In this document: positions 1 through 10,253 of the stretch, in pieces
How positions within the stretch are numbered: position 1 is the first letter of the stretch
Layout of the letters: each line of letters opens with the position of its first letter
NCBI RefSeq assembly: GCF_006345805.1
Contig: NW_021833549.1
Coordinates: forward strand, 1 to 28,011
DNA length: 28,011 bases
Source: Octopus sinensis
Taxonomy: Eukaryota
Direction: 5' to 3'
Position numbers and translations under genes: made by a program
The notes under the pieces: generated by a model
The model's database searches: none
What the model was told of the DNA's origin: nothing
The model's input: only the letters and a program-made list of their open reading frames with translations

Positions 1-1322
1 TAGATTTAAACTATTTGAAAACGAATGTATATTTTTTATTACAATTAAGATAATCTTAAAAAGTATTTTTGCATTCATTAAAGACGTCTCAGGTTCCGTA
101 AAATGTATAATTAATTGCAGTTTCTCTTATTTTATAACTTCACAGTAACCAATCATTTAGTTCGTGCAGTTACGATGCAATTATCTTTTCAAATATTCTC
201 TGACTTCAAGTAAATGACATATTTTTGGAATATTGTTGCATTCTGTATTTCTGGGAAGTTTTTGTATCTGGTCTTGTTCTTAATATTCAATTACTAATGA
301 TCTGCTGTTTGATTTAGTAATACATATCAGTTTAATAATACATATGAGTGGTTAATGACAAATTTTGGCAAATTTTTTGATTACAATCATCTTGTAATAG
401 ATAAAAGACTTGTAAATAATTTTCGCTTATTTGTTTTACAAACTTAAACAACTTTTTTTGATTCACTCCATATGGTAAAAGATTCTGTCATTTTTTCAAA
501 AGTAGATAGAAAATTTTATTTTATTTGTTTGTTTTATTTTGAAAAAATATATTAGATACCCAAAACTTCTTCCTGGACGACAATTACTTCGCCCGGTGGT
601 TCATAAAAACTAATATGGACATCTTTATTAAGATTAGATTTGAATTTTTCTTTGCTATTCGGAACTAGTGAATATAATTCTAACAAAATTTATATCTTTT
701 GAATTGTAAATTATTTAGATTTCTTTATTCATAGTTAATTAAAGTCATTAATTAAATGATTTTAAAATTGTATTTATTATCTGCGTCGTCCAAAAAAGAT
801 TTTCAATAAATAGGATATGTGTTACTTATTAGTAGGTTGGTACTCTGTACGTCTTCATTAATGTAAACCACCTGAATTTGTGTTCTTAGCTGAATTCAAA
901 CAGACTCACAATATTAAATGTTATTTATTTAATTTTTTAAAGTTTTAAATTTATCGAATTAATTACAATGAATTATAATGTGTTAAGCACGTTATTTTAT
1001 TTTCTTGTTTTGTGGTTTTGGTTGTTAATTCTTATTTCATTCTTTTTTTATAAATGTTTTATTTTTATTCTATTTTTTATTTGTTTGAAGATTAATTAAA
1101 TTGACTACTGGTAAAATATCATGGATAAAGTTTATTTTGCAAGTGAATTTGTATTCATTTTATCAATTAATTAATCTTCATTTAATGCATTTTTTTAAAG
1201 TAAATTATTTTTTCCTACTATTTTATTGCTTATTTTGATCTTTTTAGTTTTTTGTCATCTGAAATTATTAATTTTTCTTTACTATTTTAGAAATTAAATA
1301 TGTCTTTGTTTCTTTACATGGT

Positions 1323-1420
1323 ATTTCATAAATATATCCTCTAATTTCATAAATATATCCTCTTATTCCATAAATATATCGTATAATTCATATAAATATC
1401 CTCTTATTTCATAAATATAT
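1323..1420. repeat. ~21-bp AT-rich minisatellite (ttcataaatatatcctctaat-like), about 5 units
   Basis: cataaatatatcc recurs in tandem; the copy near 26465 is about 26 bp shorter. Confidence 0.8.
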
Positions 1421-1599
1421 TGTATATTATAAATAATAATATAATGTAGTAATTCTTGTAGTAATGTTCGTATGTCGTATACGTATATTTCAAGTTACAT
1501 TAACAAAGACCAACTTTTAATTTAAAAAACAAATGTTGATTAATTCTGTTAATAATCGCATTCACTCTATTCCAAAATGACCGGTAGTACTCGGTAAAC

Positions 1600-2000
1600 A
1601 TTTAATTAGACGAAAGCGATTGTATAACATCTTTTAAGTTTCCTTTTAAAGCCTTCTGATTCATAGCTCTTGGACGTATTCGCCTTTGTTGTCCCAAATA
1701 CATTTTCGATAGGATTTAAGTCAGGTGAATAAGGAGGTAAAAACAAATACTAAACACTATGTGTTTCGAAAAAATTAACAAAATTTGAAGAATGATGAAA
1801 TTTAACATTATCTAAAATTATCACAGAATCATCAGTGAAAATTCCTTTTGTACAACATTCATTGATAAACTCAGTAAAAATAATTGTGCTGTACGCACCA
1901 TCAATTATTTTAGAAAGTTCTATTCCCATTATGGATATTATTGAACACAACGATATATTTTTTCCCTTTGATGCAGGTTGATATAGAATCGGATCATGAT
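1600..2000 (-). mobile_element. Tc1/IS630-like (DDE_3) transposase fragment
   Basis: Reads VIILDNVKFHHS...SV*YLFLPPYSPDLNPIENVFGTTK, the DDE_3 motif set, with an in-frame stop. Confidence 0.9.
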
Positions 2001-2055
2001 TTACATTAATATAAAAAAGAATGAAATAAGAATCAACAACCAAAAGCACAACAAC

Positions 2056-2255
2056 ACAAGTTGCATCCCAAATCAGGGACTTGCCTTTCCTGGAAGGGAA
2101 GGTAGTCATCCAGGACGCTTTCCAGCACTCCGACCGAGACCGACTGGCTCTAGAGTGGAGGGGAAACCTGCCGACTCTAGTGCCTTTTTGATGACGTCAT
2201 TGAGGTGAGTGTGGCGAGGAATTCTGCCAGCACTCTTCTTGTACGATGAATATGC
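2056..2255 (-). mobile_element. CRE-like non-LTR retrotransposon RLE-domain fragment (copy a)
   Basis: [41 protein letters not shown], then frameshift to TTFPSRKGKSLIWDATC (RH, RPD, WD motifs). Confidence 0.88.
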
Positions 2256-2374
2256 AAATTTGACAATTAAGTCATTTTCCCTGAACAATTTTGCATCTTC
2301 AATATCATTTTCATCAAGAAAATTCATATATGCATTGTGTGTTATATTTTTTGAATTTGTCTTATATTTTGTGA

Positions 2375-2675
2375 ATTCGTAAAAATTAATAATGGACGCA
2401 TTTTTGAACAATGCCGCCAGTTCTATATCATGTTGTAAATTAATGAGTTCTAGTTGAAACTTTGCAGGCGCATCCTTAATTTCCACGCTGAATGGAGTTG
2501 CGAATATTTTCATTAAAGGAAGGAATTCTTTAAAATTCTAAAAATTAAATTTATATAAATGTACCCCAAAACGTGCTTCAAATTGATTAATGAAATCACC
2601 AATTATGGATATGTTTAACCTTAAGAATGAATAATTGAATTTAAAAATCCTGGGGGCTGCATTTGAGAACCGCTG
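2375..2675 (-). mobile_element. hAT (Buster/Charlie/SPIN-like) remnant: one terminus joined to a C-terminal transposase piece
   Basis: Minus strand starts CAGCGGTTCTCAAA, a SPIN-like end. Then FINQFEARF...[29 protein letters not shown], typical of GTF2IRD2/SPIN transposases. Confidence 0.82.
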
Positions 2676-2872
2676 GTCTAATCCAACCGGCCCCGGGACA
2701 GAAGGGAATTCAGCGGCGTTGAGCGCGCGCTTAACAATATTATTCAAGACAGCATGCCTGGGTATTCAACCGGCACTGAGGCGACAAGAGAGGGGGTGTA
2801 GGCTTCTCCTGTCAATGATTTTACCGCATCTGCACTGATGTGACTGCCAAATCTCGATCCCAATGCGTAGAC
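2676..2872 (-). mobile_element. CRE-like CCHC knuckle plus start of RLE (copy b)
   Basis: CLRIGIEIWQSHQCRCGKIIDRRSLHPLSCRLSAG*IPRHAVLNNIVKRALNAAEFPSVPGPVGLD. Confidence 0.88.
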
Positions 2873-2879
2873 ACAAACC

Positions 2880-3090
2880 AATGTGATTATCTGATTAAAT
2901 CTTTCAACTATCCCCTGACTCTGGGAATTGTTGGGTCGTCCATGAATTTAAACAATTTTGTACTCTTGACGGAGTTTTCTTATATGGTCATTCTCGAATT
3001 CCGTACCATTGTCTGATTGCACGTATTTACAAGGGCTGTGATCCATAAAAATTTCTTCTAATTTATTGGCAGCTTCTCTTCCTTCCACAA
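2880..3090 (-). mobile_element. rve-type integrase core fragment (KRBA2/Ginger2-like)
   Basis: KLEEIFMDHSPCKYVQSDNGTEFENDHIRKLRQEYKIV*IHGRPNNSQSQGIVERFNQ (xSDNGxEF and HGRP..PQSQG.VERxN motifs). Confidence 0.85.
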
Positions 3091-3574
3091 CTTCAAGATG
3101 TTTACGTCGATGTGTTCGTTCAGATTCTCTCTTTTGGTGTGTATATATTGGAATCTATGAAAACTTTTCGTGCTACTTTCATACCAACTTCATATCAACA
3201 TCGTTAGCCTATTTTTTTCGCTTAACCATTTTTTCCGCTCCTTTGTCGGATGATTTTATTATTACACAACGATCTTCTGTTACTTTAAATATCCATTTTG
3301 AATATTTTAGTTCGATCTCTGGATTGATTTCTGTATATTCCAGCTTGGCTAATTTTCTCCCGTTTTTGTGAATAATACTATGTCATTGCCTTCAATAGAA
3401 ATCATTCCATTGGGTAATATTTCAATAATACGATAAATTTGAACGTTCAAATGTTCATTTAAAGCGCTTTACGTGTTTTCTTATTGTTGTCTACATGTAC
3501 TCTTCTAATAACTTTGTCTTCAAATTTAAAAATGGAATGTCATTATTCCACATTTGCTTTTATGATCGTTTTCA

Positions 3575-3930
3575 GTACGAGAATTGACTGGCATGGGCGC
3601 AGAAGCCATAAAGACATTAAAAAGCGTGGGACTCACCACAGGGCCCTGAGGGATCCCCGCGAAGGACTGTTGTGACTTAGAAAAGACTCCCTGATGCCGC
3701 ACGACCTGTCCGCGAAATTCAAGGAACCCTGACAGCCAGCGCCTTAGATACGGAGAAACCCCCACATGGCGAGCGAGCTTCGGATGCCTTGTGCCACACC
3801 GAGTTCGAAGGCCTTTTCAGTGTCAAGACTAACTAACATACCACAACTCTTCTTCTGGAGGGCGCACTTCATCTCAGTGGACACCTTCCACAAGCAGTTC
3901 CATACGAACGACTCTCCCTGAAGCTCCATT
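3575..3930 (-). mobile_element. APE-type (Jockey/I-like) LINE reverse transcriptase internal fragment
   Basis: LVSLDTEKAF, then MGVSPYLRRWLSGFL...AGIPQGPVVSPTLFNVFM (RT motifs), frameshifted. Confidence 0.9.
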
Positions 3931-4339
3931 GGAACTTGAAAGGTGAAAAAAAAGTGGACATCTTACGTGTGAAGGATCTTGAGAGACGGAAAAGTGGTTT
4001 CTCATGTGGAAAATGCTTGATTTTATATAATTCGGCATCAGAAATTAACAAAAGGAAAACGAAGTGCATCGTCGACTAGTGAACGATCCTTGTTAGTCCG
4101 AAAATTCAAATCGACTTTCCCTTGGGATTTCTTGTGAAAAGCAATTCGAACAAGAAACTTGATTTGATGACAATTTGAATTGCATCAAATAAAGTGGTTG
4201 GGCTAATATCGTAGCTCTCATCGACCTGGCCATCGTAACTCTCATTCAACATTAAGTATGATATCTTCAACAGTGTAATGATTTCATTGTCATCAATGAC
4301 TTTTTCTGTTGAAGCATATCTTTTTCAATCATAATTTGG

Positions 4340-4957
4340 TGTATCCCATTATTTTGTGTCAGCATAAGACTAATCAAAACTTGAATAATTCCAACTTTTT
4401 TGACACAATTACTGATAGTTTCTGTTTGAAATTTTCTTAGGCTTCGTTAAATAACAATATTCATCTCTAAGATTAACAAAAAAGACCAATGATTGATCAA
4501 GCGAGTTCATATAATCAACCACTAATTTTTTTGTAATGATGCTTTAGATTTTTTATTATTCCTGATCCATTGATTGAAGATAAGCAGTTGAGTTCTTTGG
4601 AAGCTTTATAACTTCAATGTTTGGAAAATTGTTCTTCAAAATGTGACCTGGCGCCTTATAAAGAAGTAAATAAAATTTTTTGTTATATCGCATTCAAATA
4701 AATAACTGGTCATCCAAGTTTCGGATTTCATAATAATGACGATATTTTACAACATTAAATCTTTGAAACACTTTGATTTCTTGCTGTGCCCAATAACAAA
4801 AGTTGTCATTTTAATTGATCCAGTTCATTAAAACATAAAGCAACAGTTATTCGAACTTTAGATTGTTTTACGGCTTTTCTTTACTTAATAAAATCGTTAT
4901 TGTAGGAAATGCTTGAAAAAAGGTCCTGTTTCATTCATATTTAGTATAACCTCTGGG
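4340..4957 (-). mobile_element. pogo/Tigger (DDE_1) transposase, degenerate fragment
   Basis: Across frames: PEVILNMNETGPFFK; FVIGHSKKSKCFK; KFYLLLYKAPGH...FPNIEVIKLPKNSTAYLQSMDQ. Confidence 0.8.
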
Positions 4958-5099
4958 TCAATTAATCCGAAATTCTATTAATTCTAGCGTTCGGATTGCG
5001 GATTATTGAATTTTCGGAGCATTGAATCAAATTTGGCAGGAAAAAGCTAGAAAATTTATAATTTCAATTAAAAAAATTCGGATTAACAAGGATTGACTG
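4958..5099. mobile_element. Tigger-type MITE-like remnant
   Basis: Right end ttcggattaacaaggattgactg followed by TA (rc CAGTCAATCCTTGTTAATCCGAA); partial inverted left end tcaattaatccgaa; internal ttcggatt repeats. Confidence 0.6.
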
Positions 5100-5234
5100 T
5101 ATGTTGTTTCTGAATAATTAAATAATTCAATCATCTTGCAACGTATATTTGGCCCGGGATATGTCAGATTACAAAAAAAATGCTTGACGGAATACAAGAA
5201 CGTAAAATAATGATAGAATTAGATTAACAAATAC

Positions 5235-5746
5235 TTTTTGTTCTGAAACTAATGTTTTGTGATGATGAGACATTAGTTTAGTCAAATCAATCATGTTCAT
5301 GTTAGGATGCTCACTATGAAATCGGTTATACTCTTCTTTAATGAATAAATTGTAAGCATTTAAAGCAGGCCCTCATTCTATTTATGCTATAGGATAATTT
5401 ACAATTCTTTTGACTACTTTCTTCAAGTTTGAATTGACTTCTGTCAAAAGACTATCTAAGGTCCGGAATTTTCTTGTCTAAAATAATAATAGGCAGTTAT
5501 TAACTCTAGAAATCAGGAGTTCGACTTTTGTCTAATTCATCCGCAGAGTGGCCATCAAAAACAATTTCGTCCTAGTTTATTTGTTTAAGAGACTTTGTAT
5601 AGGAAAGAGGACATTTTAGGTAATTTAGATTTACCGATCAATTAGTACAGAATAGGTATTTTGGTTCATTCTTAAATAAAAAATAGTGATTAAATACAAC
5701 CTGAATCATTTTCTTGTGCTTCTTGATTGCACCGATTGTAAAGCAT
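5235..5746 (-). pseudogene. UBTF: UBF/UBTF-like gene fragment (N-terminal domain plus first HMG box), micro-introns retained, truncated or interrupted after HMG box 1
   Basis: With 1-nt homopolymer corrections reads EWNQNTYSVLIDR...KLPKN...IN(W>TAG)DEIVF, RKFRTLDSLL, LNAYNLFIKEEYNRFHSEHPNMNMIDLTKLMSHHHKTLVSEQK. This is collinear with UBF WSQED..DWEKVAF..RKFRTL..HPEMSNLDLTKILSK. Confidence 0.72.
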
Positions 5747-5844
5747 TGTAGCTTCGATGTTAATTAGATTTATTAAATTAGTAGGTTAACAAAAGTCATA
5801 TCAAAAAATAATTGTTAGTTTATATTGTAGAAAATGTGTTTAAT

Positions 5845-6112
5845 TTGAGAGAAAACAATTAAGTAGGAATGTACAGAGGGGAAATTCTGGGGGGCTAAAG
5901 CACGCACCCTCCTGCGGAAAGTACCGCATGCGTGTTGCCACGGAGAATGGCAATGGACACCCTGCAATAGCCACGAAACCTCGCGTGGCTCTTTCGTCCT
6001 GTGGGCCATTTCCTCCAGATTGTCGCTGATGAAGGCCAAAGTTAGAGGCCTGCAACGCCCGATGTCTCCAAAGCGATGGTACGAATATAAAACGGCGTCC
6101 AAGTACTGTGTC
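5845..6112 (-). mobile_element. CRE-like RLE 3' end (copy c)
   Basis: With frameshifts: ..IALETSGVAGPLTLAFISDNLEEMAHRTKEPREVSWLLQ.VSIAILRGNTHAVLSAGGCVL*. Same subfamily as copy f at 20907. Confidence 0.88.
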
Positions 6113-6190
6113 AACTGTGGTAAGCTGTTTTGATTTATCAATGAAAAATCAATATTTATCAATTTATTGCCACCTTTGTGTCTTAATAGG

Positions 6191-7140
6191 CACTATTTGG
6201 AGAGGGAGTCAGGTTGTTGGCTCAGAGGGCGTGGCCAGAGATCACTGGGAATGAGGGAAGGTCCCTGATTGAGCAGAACATGAAGGAGACGGTGGTTGTT
6301 TTTATATTTTGCAGGTTATTTATTATTTGAGGAATGTCAGGCGGAGAATCACGCTGTGAGAGAATCAGCATGTTTGGCTGTGAACGAGTTGGTCTTGAAG
6401 GTCACAAAATGTGATAAAAATTGATAGATTGACCACCAAGTCATGGAACCTCATGTAATTCATTTTTGACATGCTTTTGACTTATTTGGAGACGACAGTT
6501 GGTCTGTTCGACATGGTTAGTAATATATATTTATTATTCAGCTGCCTATTTCTCCAGCAGTAGATTTATACTGAACTATCCATCTGAGGGAAGGTTATTA
6601 TGCCTGATTATTCATTCTAGAACATTCATTGAACATCTGTGGCCACTTTATCTGGTAAAATCTCCGAGATTCCATATCCTACGTCCGTTCAGGGCTGCAG
6701 TGGCCATTGCTAATGTGTGTGTGGCCTACAGAGTGTATGACACGACGTGGAACTGCACAGTAATTAGCAAATGTACTCATGTGGGTCACTGGCTCCAAAG
6801 TTCTCCAGAAACACTTGTGGATGTTCATGTCTTTCAATATTTACAAGAAGGCAGAATAGTGGGAGGAGGTGAAGGGTTGGAAGGTCAGTTTGATGGCATA
6901 GATGTGCCAATGTGCCCAAACCAATGTGCCCACCAATGTGGTGGTGAGGGGTGGGCACCCGGAAGTGTACAACCATAATTAAATCACGGCGTCCTCTTTG
7001 AGAATAAAACTGCTCGCCGGGGGTTGACGGTGTCTGAACAGAAGTATTTGCTCAAAGTTATGCGTCCAAACAAACGATATGAGGTAGAAGATTAAAACAG
7101 TTTAGATTTCTTTTTTGGATTATATTGTGTAAATTCCACT
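6191..7140 (+). CDS. Uncharacterised HEAT/ARM-repeat protein gene, micro-introns, 5' part apparently missing
   Basis: Spliced reading LFGEGVRLLAQRAWPEITG...|..NHAVRESACLAVNELVLK|..LFGDDSWSVRH|AAYF..RDSISYVRSGAAVAIANV..MYSCGSLAPK. GT-AG introns of 23-27 nt; several frameshifts; 3' limit approximate. Confidence 0.68.
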
Positions 7141-7734
7141 ATTCATGTCAATTCATGAATGGATAAATAAAAACCCGCTGATTTTTGACGTGTGGTTCTA
7201 TTCTGATGAGACAGGTCGGCCATTTTCGGGAAGGACTCAGAGAGATTGCAATTCTCTTGATTTTTCATTAAGTCGAAATACACGATTTTATAAAGAGAAT
7301 AACAAATTATTTTTTAGTGTGTGAAGAATGTAAACGTGGGAAAGTCCCTTTTTAAATATCTAATTTATTAATAAAACTAATAAAATTTAATGCACGTTAT
7401 TAAATAAATTCACATTTTATTGACAGGGGTGGTGAATATTTATGTCTGGTCCATAGTATGTCTGAGTGGTTACTAATTATTTGATAGCGTACAACCTCTT
7501 CATTTGTACAGAGCACTTCTGATAACACTACCAGAAAGTTTCCGACACATACTTTGACTTTGATCGAAGTACTCTATTTAAAAACCGTAAAACTCGACGG
7601 ATACTTTTTTAATCCAGATACAAATTGCTACTATAAGAATGAGACTAAATCTGAAGATGTGAACCCATGGAAGGTCCTAATTTAAAGTCAAAAAACTCTC
7701 ATCTGGGGCACATTGCATTGTGCAGCGTTATAAA

Positions 7735-8222
7735 GTGACGTGTGCAAAAAATTTTTGCTGCTCGAATTCTTCTTAATTTTATTATTGAATCTGAATGAAT
7801 TTTATGGGTAATATGTCTCTTCAGATAATCCAATTTCCATATATCCCTGGTTTCCACTCGCAAAATCACAAGTCGCTTTAGCGTCGCCACATATTTTACA
7901 AACAACTCCGCAGTCTTCGGAAAAACTAAAAATATCACCCAGTTGCACATGTTGGGGAATTTTTGAATCTGTGTTAAGGTTTCGACGTACTCTATCAACC
8001 ATTCCGGCTAAAAGAAGGAGAATTTTTCTTAAGTCTCATATCAATATTATAGACACGTTTTCGTTTTGAAATGAAAATAAGAATATATAAATTCATATAA
8101 AAAATTAAAAAAAATAGCAATTTTTAATATTATACTTTTACTGCGCAGAAAAAAATTTCGCTGCGCAGCAGGGTGCAAACTGCTGCGCGGCCGCGCACGC
8201 GCGCAGCTTAGAGGGAACACTG
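7735..8222 (-). mobile_element. hAT element left end with N-terminal zinc-finger part of the transposase (ZNF862-like)
   Basis: Minus strand begins CAGTGTTCCCTCTAAGCTGCGCG with subterminal CTGCGCAG repeats; downstream VCKICGDAK..FASG / WKLDYLKRHITHKIHSDS. Confidence 0.68.
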
Positions 8223-8659
8223 GTGGAGAGGCCTCAGTCATTAAAATCCGAGGCATTTGGACTCGATACAGCCATATAAGCGGTATGATGGGACTTTCCA
8301 GCTTCGGCACCTCGCTCGTTATCTAGTCCTAAGACCTTCGCGCAGCCGTTAGACACGAATGTCCGGCCTCGATGCCTCCACATTTTTATGGGACTTGCCA
8401 GATTTGGCAAAAATAAATATACTAGACGTAAATTTTTTTAAATAATAAACAAAATATTCAAGATTGAACTGACGAAAAAAGATTTATAAAATAAAATAAT
8501 TTCATATATACTAATCGAATGGGAAAGAAAATAATTCGGAGAGAATATAAATGAAATAATCGTACAATAAATCTGAGCCACCAAGCAATCGGAAGACTTA
8601 CAGGGTGCAAAAATAACTGAACTGAAAATACCAGAAATAAATAAATGGATTTAAAAAAA

Positions 8660-8960
8660 TCCATATGAATGGAGATTAATTAATTGATAAAATGAATACA
8701 AATTCACCTGCAAAATAAACCTTTATCACAGATATTCTACTTTACCAGTAGTCAATTTAATCAATCTCAAACAAATAAAAAACTATTATTAAAATTAAAC
8801 ATTAAAGCACGAAAAAAAAAATAAGAATTAACAACAGAAATGCACCACACAAGAAGAATATACCGCGCTTAGAGGGTGTGAATAATAATCGTATTAATCG
8901 ATAAATTAAAAAATAAATAACATTTATTATCCTCAATCTGTTCGAACTCATCTAGGCTAG
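8660..8960 (+). repeat. Inverted, diverged copy of the AT-rich segment at ~880-1190 (and ~26020-26330)
   Basis: agattaattaattgataaaatgaatacaaattcac.tgcaaaataaac..tttatc..gatatt..ttaccagtagtcaatttaat matches the reverse complement of ~1085-1178; weaker match continues to 8960. Confidence 0.85.
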
Positions 8961-9744
8961 ATCTTTATCCGTCCATAATGCCTATTATGCATTTTTTCTA
9001 CATTTCCAGCATAATAGATTTTTAGGCATTACAAAGTCCACCTTTACCGGGTATAATATATTTTCATAGTACATTTACTAGACCGAAATGTGTGGAATCA
9101 AATTGAAGTTTCTTTTTGGAAGACTGTGGTCTGATGCTGTCATTTCATTAATAAAAGTAAAAGTGATATATCTCAAGAATGACATAGAATGTAAAGGTTT
9201 ATCAACTTCTAACCTACCCCGATACTTTGCTGAAGAGTGGTGCTTTTAAGTAATTTATTTAATGTATCCTCTTATTAATTTTAATCCTTAATTCCTTAGG
9301 TATAAGTCTTTTATAAAAAAACTAAACAAAAAATCAACTAAAAAGAGTCTTGTAGCGCTGATTCTCATTTTCTTTGGTTGTAATTTTGTTTGTACATCCA
9401 AGTATATCTTTTTGTCAATGTTACATTATGGAAAATGACCATTCTACACCTTAGGATTTCTATAAAGGACATCAGGTGTAGGTAGACAGTCCATTGTTGT
9501 TTTGATGAAAGTCAAGACTTTATAAATAAAAAGCATGTTGTAGATATGTACCTGCATGAAAATCTGGTAGGAAAATCTCATACTTTAACTTCACTTAATA
9601 TAAAAATTCTCTTTTTGAGTACGTCCGCTTGTGGTCATAATGAGTTTGCTATGTCTCAGGGTAAGCTAAAAGTGATCATGATGTTAATCAATAGAGGACA
9701 GAGGAAGTTGAAAATATAGAGCGGATCCCAAAGTCCAAACTGAT

Positions 9745-10200
9745 AAAATTCATTCGTTATACCAATCCTACTTTGAAAACGCGGAAACCTGAGGTCTACC
9801 CGCTAAAGAACGGAACAGGCCAACTCCTTCCACAGACAATCAAGACAGCTCCTAGGAGTCTGACGGCAGAAAAAGATGAGCAACAAAAACTGTACGGGAT
9901 TACTCATACATCCCAAATCGAATGGCCAAGAAATGGCAGTTCTTTGGACATATGTTAAAAACATCGCAAATGACTCCAGCTAATCAGGCCATGGAATAAT
10001 ACTTCTGCTTATCAAACAATACAACATATCGAGGCCGACAAAGAACAACATAACCCACCAAGTGAAACCATGAACTCAAAACAATTAAAAGAAAACTGAA
10101 ATCAAATATGAGCTGAACGACCTGAGAGATCTTGCATGAAACAGGGGAGAATGGAAACGACTAACAGAGCGTATCCTAAGTCGCATGGGAAAATAAAATC
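9745..10200 (+). mobile_element. RTE-like LINE 3' fragment (downstream of RT core)
   Basis: Frameshifted VIPILL...FHRQ...LLGV...SN.KLYGITHTSQIEW...PANQAME.YF...RGRQRTT, the typical RTE C-terminal pattern. Confidence 0.7.
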
Positions 10201-10253
10201 TCAACTAACCTTATAATTTCGCGTGAATCGCATAATAATGTCATTATAATAAA

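Larger units (their letters stand above)
1..2888 (+). repeat. Long direct repeat, copy 1 (matches 25155-28010); may extend beyond the window
   Basis: Position 1 tagatttaaactatttgaaaacg equals 25155. ORFs 1750-2109, 2106-2513, 2538-2747 and 2635-2838 recur at offset 25122. Confidence 0.98.

Noticed and set aside
6905-6945. ccaatgtgcc x3, and ttagacaatt x3 at 22905-22935, as a CRISPR-like or functional array
   Set aside because: Tiny slippage duplications without spacers, in a eukaryotic context.
8865-8876. gcttagaggg matching the hAT end at 8206-8215 as a second TIR
   Set aside because: Only 10 bp, same orientation, lacks the terminal AACACTG, and lies inside the inverted AT-rich homology.
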